Position numbers and translations under genes: made by a program
Assembly (NCBI GenBank): GCA_965221905.1
Contig: OZ244922.1
Span: 3,232,001 to 3,296,000 of the forward strand
Source: Chloroflexota bacterium
GTDB lineage: Bacteria > Chloroflexota > UBA11872 > VXOZ01
Length of the DNA stretch: 64,000 bases
Direction: 5' to 3'
Shown: in pieces, positions 31,260-41,438 of the stretch
Numbering within the stretch: position 1 is the first letter of the stretch
Layout: each line of letters opens with the position of its first letter
Notes under the pieces: generated by a model
The model's database searches: none
What the model was told of the DNA's origin: nothing
Seen by the model: the letters and a program-made list of their open reading frames with translations, nothing else

Positions 31260-31414
31260 CCGTTCATCCTTCGACAGGCTCAGGACGAACGGATTCTGAC
31301 TTCCTCAAGGCGCGCACGCCCAGGACGAACAGATTCCGACTTCCTCAGTACACGCTCGCTCAGGACGAACAGATTCCGACTTCCTCAAGGCAAACACGCT
31401 CAAAACGAACGGAC
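31260..31414 (+). repeat. TTCGACAGGCTCAG REP extended into a 40-bp-period tandem array (3.3 units)
   Basis: CAGGACGAACRGATTCYGACTTCCTCA at 31281, 31321 and 31361; partial unit at 31401. Confidence 0.85.
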
Positions 31415-31513
31415 GCTCATTTGCGCAGCCTGTCCGGCTCACTAGTCCGGCCGGCTAAACGCAACCGGCTCCGGCCGGATGATTGCAACCAGCCCATAAG
31501 CCCCATCCTTCCG

Positions 31514-31538
31514 GTAGCGCAGGTTTGCAACCTGCGCC
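31514..31538 (+). repeat. GTAG-type REP GTAGCGCAGGTTTGCAACCTGCGC
   Basis: Monomer of the 33-bp array at 24537. Confidence 0.8.
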
Positions 31539-31672
31539 CATCCGGCATACACGCCGGTCAGGCGCTCGCCCTACCATTTAGCGTGGCAACATTGCCTAGC
31601 GTCTCCTGACCGCGCGAGGCACACCCCCACCTATCTCCAGATTAGCATAGCTATCAGGCAACTTGTACGCCG

Positions 31673-32713
31673 TTACCCGCAAACCTGGCGGAAGACGCGC
31701 AAGTGGTTGAGGCCGAGCATCTTGCGCAGGTCGTCTTCTTTCCAGCCTCGAGCGAGCAAGCCCTCAGTGATTTGCGGCACCACGGTCGCGTCTTTCAGCA
31801 CGTCCCCGCCGCCGTCGAAGTCCGAACCGAGGCCGATGCAGTCTGTGCCGCCTACCTGAGCGATGTGGTCGAAATGGTCGAGCAGCCGCTCCAGGGTGCG
31901 CTTGCTTTCATCGGCATCCACGAACGCCGGTACGTACGTCACGCCGATCACGCCGCCGTTGGCGGCCACGGCCCGAATCTGGTCGTCGGTGAGGTTGCGC
32001 GGATGCTCGCAGAGGGCGCGGCAAGCGTTGTGGGAGCCGATAATCGGCGCTGTCGTGATCTCTATCACGTCCCAGAAGCCCCGGTCGCTGATGTGCGAAA
32101 TATCCACGATCATGCCCTGTTCGTTCATCAGACGCACCAAGTCGCGCCCAAAGTGCGTCAGGCCGCCGCCGGTAACGTTCTCGAACGCGCCGTCGGCGGC
32201 GTGAGCACGGTAGCTCCACGTGAGCGTCATGGAGCGCACGCCGAGACGATGGAGCACCGGCAGCACCCAGAGACTGCGTTCCAGCACCTCGGAATTCTCA
32301 ATGGTGAGCACAGCCGCGATCCTGCCGCTCGCCACGATCGCTTCTATCTCGTCTGCCGTAGTCGCCACCGCAATCTGGTCGGGGTAGGCATCCACCTCAG
32401 CCAGGAACCAGCCAAAGGCATCCATTGCGTACAACAGATGATTACCCCAGGCGCGGGTAACGTCCACGGCGCAGTAGACCACGTCGATTCCGCCGGCGCG
32501 CAGCTTGGGCAGGTTGACCTGCATCTCGTGCCCCTCGGGTATCGCCGTACCCCGCAAGAACGCCACGGCGCTCTCCGGCTCCGTGCGGGCCGGCGCGTCC
32601 GGCCCGGCTATGCTCTCCCCGTTGCGCCGGATGTAGGCGACAATCGCGTCATTGTGGGAATCGATGACGAGGGACGAATTGTGCAACTGAGCGGCAGTAG
32701 ATTCCGTGGTCAT
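31673..32713 (-). CDS. Membrane dipeptidase (peptidase M19)
   Basis: IDSHND, TIEN, VDISH, SHN..PRNLTD, GLGSDFDG. Confidence 0.92.
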   Translation of the reverse strand: MTTESTAAQLHNSSLVIDSHNDAIVAYIRRNGESIAGPDAPARTEPESAVAFLRGTAIPEGHEMQVNLPKLRAGGIDVVYCAVDVTRAWGNHLLYAMDAFGWFLAEVDAYPDQIAVATTADEIEAIVASGRIAAVLTIENSEVLERSLWVLPVLHRLGVRSMTLTWSYRAHAADGAFENVTGGGLTHFGRDLVRLMNEQGMIVDISHISDRGFWDVIEITTAPIIGSHNACRALCEHPRNLTDDQIRAVAANGGVIGVTYVPAFVDADESKRTLERLLDHFDHIAQVGGTDCIGLGSDFDGGGDVLKDATVVPQITEGLLARGWKEDDLRKMLGLNHLRVFRQVCG

Positions 32714-33208
32714 ATTATCTCCTTATCCGATTAGTTGGATGACAGACACTTCATGGAAACCACTAAGAACTCGTACTAGAGCAGATCTCTTTTGCGCTGC
32801 GTACGCTCGAATCTTGTTGGCAGGTCGTAGCGCGGGTGCTTGCTCCCCGCTTCCCCGTGTCAAGCATGGGGCTACGGTGCGCTCGGAAAAAAAGGAGCCC
32901 CCCATCCATTGATGTAACTAGGTAAAGTCTAGGATTTAGTACCAATTCGTAGACTATTTACATTAGTTGAAAGTATGATACAATACGAACATATGAACCC
33001 ATCGGCGGCGCTAAAGTAACCCGTTTGGGCAGTTGCCGATCATCATGATTCTAGCTTAGTGCTTATTGGACATCTATCCAGGTAGCGTTGTATTTGCCAC
33101 GTACTTACAGTCTCTTATGACAACGACGCTGTGCCAAGACGATAGGTGTGGGCAAATCGCTGTATTCATTGCGCGCGGCAACCGGTATTGGCGCAAGGCA
33201 GATGGTCA

Positions 33209-33397
33209 GTGAACTTCGAATTTCTGGCAACACTAGCAACGGTGGTTATTGCGGCGATAGCCGTTGGCGGCCTCGTTCTGCGCTTGCAAGGGCAGGTGTC
33301 TGATCTGGGGCAGCGAGTAGCGCGCATCGAGGGTTTGCTAGAGGGTTACTTCATGCGCGACCGGACGGACACTGACACGCCGCCTCCGCAACGATAG
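33209..33397 (+). CDS. Small hypothetical protein (one TM plus coiled coil)
   Basis: GTG start; hydrophobic helix followed by LGQRVARIEGLLEG. Confidence 0.6.
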   Translation: MNFEFLATLATVVIAAIAVGGLVLRLQGQVSDLGQRVARIEGLLEGYFMRDRTDTDTPPPQR

Positions 33398-33458
33398 TTC
33401 GCGCAACCTGCACCATTCTAACTGCCACAGCCGGTTGCCTCCGGGACAAACTTAACAG

Positions 33459-34421
33459 CTAGTTACCCTCTTTCGTCACAACGTCGATCAGCGCTTGGAT
33501 GTAGCCGTTGGCGAAGGCGCGGCCCCGGTGGCCCCACGCGGAGTCGCCGTCGGTCTGCGGCACGTGGTCGTCGATGAAGAAGCCGTCGAAGCCCACCTCA
33601 TGGTAGATCTGCATTGTCTTGTGCATGTCCACGTAGCCGGTATTGATGAACTCTTCCTGGAACTTCGGCACAGGACTTGAAACGTTGCGGAAGTGCACGT
33701 AGAGAATCTTCTTGCGCTCGCCAAAGTAGCGGATCATCTCGTAGATGTCCTCGCCCTGCATCTCGGCAAACGTGCCTTGGCAGAACTCCACGGCGTTGCA
33801 ATCGGAAGGATAGATTTCAATGAGGCGTTTATAGGAGTCGAAGTTGCGAAAGAGCAGGGGAATGCCGCCAAGCCTCTCCATCGGCGGGTCGCAGGGGTGG
33901 ATGCCCAGGCGGATGCCTTCTTCATCGGCAATGGGTGTGATGAGCTTGATCCAGTATTCGAGATTCTGCCAAACCTCCTCTTCGCTATACTCGCGCCCGT
34001 GGGAGATCGGCTTCTGCTCGGCCTCGGCGAAGTCGAATGCCGTCGCAACAGCTCCGCAACGAATCTCCGCGGGTGTGGTGCGCCAGACGTGGGAAGGCAT
34101 CCAGTGATAGCCAAAGATGGGTATGCCCGCTCGTGCCATGTTGCGTATGGTGTAGACCATGTTCTCGATCTGCTCGTCGCGGCGCGGGCCGCCCAGCATC
34201 ACGTCGTCGTAGAAGGAAACCGGCACGTTTTCCAGCGCAGCGAGCTTCAGACCGTACTGCTCGATGTCCTTGCGAAGCTTCACGAGGTCGTCGAGTTCCC
34301 AGCGACCGTTGTCTCCTGGCAAGTTCGCAGTGTTGAGTAGCACGTCCGTCGCGCCGTACTGCGCAGCGAATTGCAGATACTCCGGTAACGGATCGCGGAA
34401 TTGACCGAACCCTACTCTCAT
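33459..34421 (-). CDS. uxuA: Mannonate dehydratase family protein
   Basis: YHWMP, GIHPCDPP, FCQG, YVHFRNV, FQEEF, DHVP. Confidence 0.85.
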   Translation of the reverse strand: MRVGFGQFRDPLPEYLQFAAQYGATDVLLNTANLPGDNGRWELDDLVKLRKDIEQYGLKLAALENVPVSFYDDVMLGGPRRDEQIENMVYTIRNMARAGIPIFGYHWMPSHVWRTTPAEIRCGAVATAFDFAEAEQKPISHGREYSEEEVWQNLEYWIKLITPIADEEGIRLGIHPCDPPMERLGGIPLLFRNFDSYKRLIEIYPSDCNAVEFCQGTFAEMQGEDIYEMIRYFGERKKILYVHFRNVSSPVPKFQEEFINTGYVDMHKTMQIYHEVGFDGFFIDDHVPQTDGDSAWGHRGRAFANGYIQALIDVVTKEGN

Positions 34422-34449
34422 CTCTACCCCTCCTTGAATTATCGGTGTA

Positions 34450-35241
34450 CTACGACATGCAGCTCTTCAAGTATACCGCCGTGGCGGGCAACGACTCTTC
34501 CGGATCGCCGGTAATGCCGCACTCCAACGCCATGAAGCCTTCGAAGCCGATTTCCTGCAAGGCGGCAAAGCCGGAGCGAAACTCCGTGTGGCCGGTGCCG
34601 GGTTCGGTGCGGTTGCTATCGGCGAGGTGGACGTGCTTGACATACTGCGCCGCCCCGCGAATGCTGGCCGCGATGTCCGCCTCCTCGATGCTCATGTGGA
34701 AGAAGTCGGCCATGATATTGACGTTGGGATGGTCCGCCGCCGCGCAGATGGCAGCGCCGTCCGCGAGCGTATTGGCCAGGTGGGTTTCATAGCGATTGAG
34801 CGGTTCCACGAGGATATTCGTTCCCTCCCGCGCGGCACTTTCGCCCGCCTCGCGCAGCAATTCGACGTAGAGATTTCGTTCGAGGTCCGCGCCGCTCTGA
34901 TAGGGGGAAAGGTCGGGGAAAATCGGGGTGCGGCCCCGCACCGGTACGGCAATCACACCCACCAATCCCAGTTCGCCGGCCAGGGCCAGCAACCCTCTAA
35001 AACGCTCCATGCGCGCGGCGCGGTCATCTTTGGTCACGCCCAGCAGATCGTGCTCGTTGCCGGTGCAGATTGTGCTGGCCTGTACGCTGCTATTACTGAG
35101 CGCCTGTTTGACCTCCGATAGGCGCTCCGCCAATTGGCCGTGCATCAACTCCACACCCGCAAAGCCGAACCGTTCCAGGTTGTCGACCTTCTCCTGGAAG
35201 GTATCTCCAGGCACTTTGTTTTCCTGACAGGCAATCTTCAC
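34450..35241 (-). CDS. Sugar phosphate isomerase/epimerase (ketose 3-epimerase / IolI-like)
   Basis: EPLNRYE, DFFHMSIEE, HVHLADSNRTEPGTG, ALEC. GTG start after AGGAGA. Confidence 0.88.
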   Translation of the reverse strand: MKIACQENKVPGDTFQEKVDNLERFGFAGVELMHGQLAERLSEVKQALSNSSVQASTICTGNEHDLLGVTKDDRAARMERFRGLLALAGELGLVGVIAVPVRGRTPIFPDLSPYQSGADLERNLYVELLREAGESAAREGTNILVEPLNRYETHLANTLADGAAICAAADHPNVNIMADFFHMSIEEADIAASIRGAAQYVKHVHLADSNRTEPGTGHTEFRSGFAALQEIGFEGFMALECGITGDPEESLPATAVYLKSCMS

Positions 35242-35329
35242 GAGACCAATTCTCCTCTCCCCTATAGGCCCGCCGATGGAACCCAACTTGGAACCATCGG
35301 GCATTTACAGTACATCAACTCATTCAAAT

Positions 35330-35353
35330 GCGGGGGACAAGCCCCCGCGCTAC
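35330..35353. repeat. GTAG-type REP GCGGGGGACAAGCCCCCGCGCTAC
   Basis: Related copies at 54724 and 56470. Confidence 0.75.
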
Positions 35354-35384
35354 GTTTTTGTAATCCCTAAGGCGGTTGAAGCCA

Positions 35385-36461
35385 TCACGGTACCAGCATC
35401 ACCTTCATGCCGTCAGCACCCTTGTGTGCCGCTTCGATAGCATCTGGGAACGCACTGATCGGGAAAGTGTGGCTGATCAATGGGTCAACAGAGACCTTTT
35501 CCTGCAAGAGAAGGTCCATTGCCAGCGGATACGTGTAGGGACTGAGATGCGCGCCGTGGATGTTAAGCTCTTTGCGGTCGCCGATGATGGTCCAATCGGC
35601 TTTCACATCCTCTCCAAACACGCTGAACTCGACGAACGTGCCGAGCTTGCGGACCATGTCCAGCCCTTGCGTCACGCCGGACGGGTGGCCGGTGGCTTCG
35701 ATGTACACGTCGCAGCCGTAGCCGTCCGTCAGGTCGAGGACAGCCTCCATCGCGTCAGGGCCGGTGGGATCCAACACGACATCGGCCCCAAATTCGGTAG
35801 CGAGCGCCCGGCGTTTGGGGTGAAGGTCTACGCCAATGAGTTTGGCCGGTGAATAGAGCCGCGCCGCCTGCAGCATGCAGAGGCCGATGCTGCCAAGTCC
35901 GGCAACCACTACCGTATCGCCTACGCTGATCTCGCCGCGTTCCACCGCGTGGAGCGCGCAGCCCAGGGGCTCCACGTACGCGGCCTGTTCGGCGCTGAGA
36001 CTTGCGGGCACCTTGTGGACGATGGCATTGCGCGGCACGCGCACGTGCGTTGCCATACCGCCATCACAAATTCCACCTTTGAAACCGAAAATATAATTAA
36101 CTTGGCACATCCAGTACTTGCCGCGCGTGCAGAAGCGGCAGCGCCAACAGGGGACGATTTGCTCCACCACTACCAGGTCGCCCTCTTGGATGCCCTGCTG
36201 TTCCGCCACAGCCGGATCGATTGACTCTACGTATCCGCTGAATTCATGCCCGGGCACCACCGGCGTGATCACGTACGGCCGGCGGGTATCGCTCCCCCAA
36301 AAGTGCCCGGCGCCGTCATAGCACTTGATGTCGCTGGCGCAGATGCCACAGGCGGCCGTGCGCAGAATCATGGAGGCATCCGTCATGACCGGCATTGGGG
36401 CCTGTTCTACGCGATAATCCTGAGGCCCGTAACAGACCACCGCCTCCATCGTGCCTGCCAT
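35385..36461 (-). CDS. Zn-dependent polyol dehydrogenase (erythritol/L-threitol dehydrogenase-like)
   Basis: CGICASD, GHEFSG, CWRCRFCTRGKYWMC, GLGSIG, GCDVYIEATG, DWTIIGDRKEL. Confidence 0.88.
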   Translation of the reverse strand: MAGTMEAVVCYGPQDYRVEQAPMPVMTDASMILRTAACGICASDIKCYDGAGHFWGSDTRRPYVITPVVPGHEFSGYVESIDPAVAEQQGIQEGDLVVVEQIVPCWRCRFCTRGKYWMCQVNYIFGFKGGICDGGMATHVRVPRNAIVHKVPASLSAEQAAYVEPLGCALHAVERGEISVGDTVVVAGLGSIGLCMLQAARLYSPAKLIGVDLHPKRRALATEFGADVVLDPTGPDAMEAVLDLTDGYGCDVYIEATGHPSGVTQGLDMVRKLGTFVEFSVFGEDVKADWTIIGDRKELNIHGAHLSPYTYPLAMDLLLQEKVSVDPLISHTFPISAFPDAIEAAHKGADGMKVMLVP

Positions 36462-36710
36462 GCTCTTGCTTTCCTTACGTTTGGCAACCTGCCGGCTAAA
36501 CAGTCCGCCGCCTGCCACATTTCAAACCGCAGCGACGTTCTCAGTATGGTAAGGGTCTGGTTGCGGTGTCAAGGCAACGGGGAACGCACCGCGAGCCGCT
36601 GCGATCCCCCACTCAAGCCTGTAGAATCAACGCCGCTCTTTTCACCTTCTCACGAGGCAATTTGGAGAGCCGTGCAGGACAACCTCAGCACACCGCCTGC
36701 CCCCAAGCAG

Positions 36711-37532
36711 TCAACTGTTCGCAGCGCGGACGCTCTGATACTGGCAGCCCTGTGGAAAGTGGTGCACGGGCATGCCCGGGAAGTGCACTTTGAGATACGT
36801 AGCGAGCGACTGCATCCCCCACTCCTCGGCAGTGGCGTGGTTTACGACGAGCAGCGGCAGATCGCGGTCAAGCGCCCAGCTCCCGTCCGCCCAGAAGCGC
36901 ATGCCGTCATCGGTCACGAGCAGCGCATCGGGACCCGATCCATTCGGTGCTCGCAGTTGCGCCATCTGGGGCACCCGGCAGGCGGCGCCCGTACCGACGG
37001 CCAGGCGCTCGACCGTGCTGTTGAGGTCGCCGAGCACCTGCACCTGGTCCTGTCCGATTTCGCCGAGACGAGAGGCGAAGTGTTGCGCCAGCGCGTGGAC
37101 CGTTTGGGGCAATACATCAAAGAGCCCGTACCAGCCGCGCTCATCCGCGGCAAGCAGCGGGCCCTCAAAGCCAAGACCGCGCGCCCAGCTATCGCGTATG
37201 CCGTGCTCCGGCATCACGTCCCAAACGTCGTGGCAGCGGTAGACAACCATGCCGGACTCTGCCAGCCAAGCGCGTTTCGCTGCCGTGTGCGCGTCGGCGT
37301 ACGGGCCGGGATCATCGTCGCGGTGGACGTAATACGTCGGCTCGTGGGTAACAAAGAGGTTGCAGCCCGCCGCGTGGGCGGCTTTGAGGGTGGACCATTG
37401 GCTCTGCCAAGCGACGGCAATGCCGTGCACGTCGGTGCTGGGCTCTCCCGACTTGAATGTATCCACGGTGTGGGACCAATCCACCCACGTACCGACCTGC
37501 CGCATGTGGTGATCGAGATCAATCGCGCGCAT
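36711..37532 (-). CDS. Nif3-like dinuclear metal centre protein
   Basis: TVDTFKSG, FVTHEP, YRCHDVWD, NHATAEEWG. Confidence 0.85.
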   Translation of the reverse strand: MRAIDLDHHMRQVGTWVDWSHTVDTFKSGEPSTDVHGIAVAWQSQWSTLKAAHAAGCNLFVTHEPTYYVHRDDDPGPYADAHTAAKRAWLAESGMVVYRCHDVWDVMPEHGIRDSWARGLGFEGPLLAADERGWYGLFDVLPQTVHALAQHFASRLGEIGQDQVQVLGDLNSTVERLAVGTGAACRVPQMAQLRAPNGSGPDALLVTDDGMRFWADGSWALDRDLPLLVVNHATAEEWGMQSLATYLKVHFPGMPVHHFPQGCQYQSVRAANS

Positions 37533-37649
37533 CAGAATCTCACCTCGCCGTATCTTACTTATTGACAACAACTACATTCTAAGAATATACTACTCCCATC
37601 GAGCACCGCATCGTGTCTAGAGTCGTTCCAACAAAGGGAGTACCCTACT

Positions 37650-39032
37650 ATGGAACATCCTCTCTCCGATGTTCACCATTCGCGTCGGGCCGCTTTGGCT
37701 GGCGCCGGGCTGCTTGGCAGCGCCGTTCTCGTGGCCGCCTGCGGGGCTGCCGGGGCCGTTACACCCGGGCAGGAGGAAGCCGCGCCGGGGGCTGCGGGGG
37801 AGCAGCCGGCTTCATCCGGTGAAGTCACAACCGTCGTCGCCTACTTGAGTGTTTCGGGAGACTCGATCGCCCAATGGGAAGAGGGGATCGTAGCGCCGTT
37901 CGAAGCCGAAAATCCGAACATCAATCTCGAGCTTTCGCCGCAACCGGGAGGCTCGGCCGGCATGCGCGAAAAGCTGCAGGTTCAGCTCGCGGCCGGCGTG
38001 CCGCTGGACGTGTGGGAGTATGCGGCCATTGCGGAGACGATGGCGGAGAACGACTGGCTGATTCCCATTGACACCTACGTGGCGCGTGATCAGTACGATC
38101 TCACAGTCTTCGCGCCGAAGCTCTTCGATTTCTATACCCGCTATGATGGCAAGCTTTGGACCATTCCCTGGGGGCACGGCGGCAATACGTTCGTCATGGC
38201 GCTCAACCGCCAGATCTTCGATGAGGCCGGCATCGGCATACCGAGCGCCGACCTGGCCCAAACGTGGGACTGGGACGATTGGATCGACACGGGGTTGCGA
38301 CTCACCAAGCGCCAGGGCGACACTGTCGAGCGGTTCGGCATTGCTGATCAGGGCGGTTGGTGGAGTCATACGCTGCTCTGGGATACCGACTGGGTGAGCG
38401 AGGACTTGAAAACGATCACGTCCGACAACCCGGACATGATCGAAGGGATGACCAACTACTTCGACATGGTAGTGAAGTATCGCACAGTTCCCAAGCCTGG
38501 CGAACTCGACGAAGTGCACGGCATGAACCGCTACGAAGTCTTCAATAACGGCCTTACCGGTGTGGAACGGATGCCGCCCTACGCCATCACAGAGTTTACG
38601 CGCGTCGAGCAGAAGGTGCCGTTGGTGCTCGCTCCCTCGCCAATCGGGAAGCGCTCCGTGCCTGATGTGAACTGGCACAGCTTCGGTATCATCAATGGTT
38701 CAAAAAACCCGGACGCGTCGTGGGAAGTCATCAAGTACTTACTCGAAGACGGGCGCTATGCTATCTTCTTTGGCAAGATTCCTTCCCAGACCAGCTTGCA
38801 CTTATCGTGGTTAGAGGATGAGTTCAAGGATCTGCCGGATGTAAACCTGGCGGCAGCCACGAACAGCTTGGAGGCGGCGGTGCCGCAAACCCGGCTTTTC
38901 CGCCTCAATTGGTCGGCTGTATATCCGGTGATGCGCGACCAGTTCAATGAGCGCGTCTACACCGGCAAGGACGACGTGGCGACGGTGTTGAAGGAACTGA
39001 AGCCGGTCCTGCAGGCGATTGTCGAGAACTGA
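37650..39032 (+). CDS. ABC transporter sugar-binding lipoprotein, Tat signal
   Basis: SRRAAL, VAAC lipobox, FEAENPNI, WDWDD, SKNPDASWE. Confidence 0.88.
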   Translation: MEHPLSDVHHSRRAALAGAGLLGSAVLVAACGAAGAVTPGQEEAAPGAAGEQPASSGEVTTVVAYLSVSGDSIAQWEEGIVAPFEAENPNINLELSPQPGGSAGMREKLQVQLAAGVPLDVWEYAAIAETMAENDWLIPIDTYVARDQYDLTVFAPKLFDFYTRYDGKLWTIPWGHGGNTFVMALNRQIFDEAGIGIPSADLAQTWDWDDWIDTGLRLTKRQGDTVERFGIADQGGWWSHTLLWDTDWVSEDLKTITSDNPDMIEGMTNYFDMVVKYRTVPKPGELDEVHGMNRYEVFNNGLTGVERMPPYAITEFTRVEQKVPLVLAPSPIGKRSVPDVNWHSFGIINGSKNPDASWEVIKYLLEDGRYAIFFGKIPSQTSLHLSWLEDEFKDLPDVNLAAATNSLEAAVPQTRLFRLNWSAVYPVMRDQFNERVYTGKDDVATVLKELKPVLQAIVEN

Positions 39033-39093
39033 TCGCCAGCGCCGCACGTCCGATTCGTGGACGGTGGTGCACGCATGAGCGGACAGTAGTGAT

Positions 39094-39130
39094 AGAGGGG
39101 TGCGGAAAACCGCACCCCTCTTCTTCTTTA
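39094..39130 (+). terminator. Intrinsic terminator
   Basis: 12-bp stem AGAGGGGTGCGG/CCGCACCCCTCT, AAAA loop, pyrimidine-rich tail. Confidence 0.8.
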
Positions 39131-39542
39131 TCTTCCTGTTGGCAGAGAAATCCACTTCGCGTCGCTAAAATTAACACGCGGCCTGAACACTCCCCACCCG
39201 CCCATTCTTTGTATCCCACCTACCGCCATCCTGCCTCAGGCAGAAGATCGCCATTCAATGTATCGGCGGTCATGCGCTGAACTAAGCCTTGGTAAGGGTT
39301 TTCCCGCCAACAGTTGGTTCGCCAATTGAAAGTGATTGTTTCTACTGCGTAATGCTACTGTGCGAGAGAAGCTGGACTATCCCCGCTTCCACCGCGGGGA
39401 GGTAAGTCGCCGCAAGACAATTCTGTTTGGATGTACCTGCCGCGGGCAGGCATCCACTATGCGGCACACGGAATGCGAACGGCGCGCCCATCTCTCGGTA
39501 TAATGAAGTCACCGCCTCATACATTCCGTAATCGGACACGCC

Positions 39543-41393
39543 ATGGAACCGGATTTCAAGTCAGCACTCTTTCGCTTCTCGCCGCGTCCCAACAGCGCCC
39601 GGCGCATTCCTTGGCGCGCGTGGTCGAGTGAAGCTTTTGCCGAGGCGCAAGCGCGGAACAAGCCCATCCTGCTCTGCATCACTGCCGCGTGGAGCCAGTG
39701 GTCGCATCTGATGGATGAGCGCGCCTATTCCGACGATACGGTGCAGTATCTCGTCAAGAGCGACTTCGTGCCGGTCCGGGTGGACGCCGCCGAGCGGCCC
39801 GACATCGACCGGCGCTACAATCGCGGCGGCTGGCCCACCACGGCTTTTCTGACGCCGGAAGGCGAACTGATGGCAGGCGCCACCTACATCCCCGTGCAGG
39901 AGATGCGCGACTTTCTGGTGGAACTGGCTGAAGAGTACCGCAAGAATCGCGATATCATCCGCGAGAAGCTCGGCGCGTTGGAAGAGAAGCGGCAGGAAGC
40001 GGAGGCCGCGGAAAAAGCCGCGGACGGCGTGCTGACACCCGCGATTCCCGCCGAATCGGTTGCCTTCATTACGGCTGCATTCGACCGCGTGAACGGCGGC
40101 TTGGGAGACGCGCCCAAATTCACGCATACCGAGGCGCTGGGCTTTGCGCTGGAGTGGTGCCAATACACGCTCGACTATGACTTAGCCGCCTTGGTCAAGC
40201 ACTCGCTCGATATTATGGCCCTAAGCAACCTCTTCGATCGCGAAGACGGCGTGTTCTTCCGCTTCGCCAACGACGCCCAGTGGGAGAACCCGGAACGTGA
40301 GTGTACCCTGGAAGAGAATGCGGCCCTGGTCTCGCTCTACGTGGAGGCCGCGCATGTCTTTCGTGAGGAGGATCTTGCCAAATCTGCTGTGCGCGTGCTG
40401 CAATTCATGCTCGATAAGCTGCATGATCCCGCTACCGGCGCATTCTACGGGGGATTCTTTGCCCCGGAAGAGTACTTCCGCCTGCCTGCAGCGCAGCGGC
40501 ACACCATCGATGAAACATGCGTTGACCCCGTAATCCACGCCAAAGAGAACGGGCTCGCAGCGCAAGCCTTCCTGGATGCCTACCGCATGACGGAGAACGC
40601 CGCGTACCGCGACCACGCGGCTACGGTCTTGGAACACCTGTGGGGGAGCATGTGGCATGCCGTGCGCGGTATGGCCCGCAATTGGAACGGGACAGCCTAC
40701 GGTTGGGGCTGGCTGCCGGACCAAACTGCCGCGGCCCGCGCCTTCGTGCACGCATATGAAACCACCGGCGAACGTAAGTATCTCGACCGCGCCCAGGCCG
40801 TTGCCGAGCACATCTTGCGAGTCCATCACGATCCCAAGACCGGCGGCTTCTGGGATAGCGCGCCCGACCGCGTGAAGACATCGGGCGGCGACCGATCCCA
40901 AGCGACGCTGGGGCTACTGGCCCATCGCCAGGAGGTGATGGCGGATACGGCTGCGGCGGCTGAACTCCTGGTTCGGGTGTGGCGCCTCACCAGTAACGAG
41001 CACTATCGCACGGTGGCGCAGGACGCCCTGGCGAACTATGCAATGACGTTTCGGCACTTTGCGCATTTCGGCGCGCTTTACGGACAGGCGGTTGATCGGC
41101 TGCTGCGCGCGCCCACGCATGTCGTCGTGATCGGCTCCCACGATTCGCCTGCGGCCCAAGCGCTGTTCGACCAAGCCCTGCGCATCCATACACCGGCACA
41201 GATCATCCAGTGGCTTGACCCGGAGCATGACGCGGACTTGCTCGCGGCCCGCGGGATTGCGGTGGGAGAGTCGGCACCTGCGGCACGGGTCTATGAAGGC
41301 GAGAAGGAATTGGCTGGGGCTGCGACGCCGGCGGAGCTCGCAGCTATCTTCGAGCAGGTGCAGCCGGAGCGGGAAGAGAACGAGGAACTCTAG
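39543..41393 (+). CDS. YyaL/SSP411 (DUF255) thioredoxin-like plus (alpha/alpha)6 barrel protein
   Basis: IPWRAW..AFAEA..NKPI, VDAAERPDID, GGWPTTAFLTPEG, GG..APKF. Confidence 0.85.
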   Translation: MEPDFKSALFRFSPRPNSARRIPWRAWSSEAFAEAQARNKPILLCITAAWSQWSHLMDERAYSDDTVQYLVKSDFVPVRVDAAERPDIDRRYNRGGWPTTAFLTPEGELMAGATYIPVQEMRDFLVELAEEYRKNRDIIREKLGALEEKRQEAEAAEKAADGVLTPAIPAESVAFITAAFDRVNGGLGDAPKFTHTEALGFALEWCQYTLDYDLAALVKHSLDIMALSNLFDREDGVFFRFANDAQWENPERECTLEENAALVSLYVEAAHVFREEDLAKSAVRVLQFMLDKLHDPATGAFYGGFFAPEEYFRLPAAQRHTIDETCVDPVIHAKENGLAAQAFLDAYRMTENAAYRDHAATVLEHLWGSMWHAVRGMARNWNGTAYGWGWLPDQTAAARAFVHAYETTGERKYLDRAQAVAEHILRVHHDPKTGGFWDSAPDRVKTSGGDRSQATLGLLAHRQEVMADTAAAAELLVRVWRLTSNEHYRTVAQDALANYAMTFRHFAHFGALYGQAVDRLLRAPTHVVVIGSHDSPAAQALFDQALRIHTPAQIIQWLDPEHDADLLAARGIAVGESAPAARVYEGEKELAGAATPAELAAIFEQVQPEREENEEL

Positions 41394-41438
41394 CCACAAA
41401 CTGCGCCGCGCGGCGCACTGCAAGGCGCTACAGATCGG

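Noticed and set aside
31281-31414. CRISPR array
   Set aside because: The 13-bp variable parts are too short and related; the unit derives from the adjacent REP.
36246-37565. Long antisense ORFs (also 31703-32734, 61169-62338, 25871-26770)
   Set aside because: Shadows of well-supported genes on the opposite strand in GC-rich DNA; no recognisable motifs.
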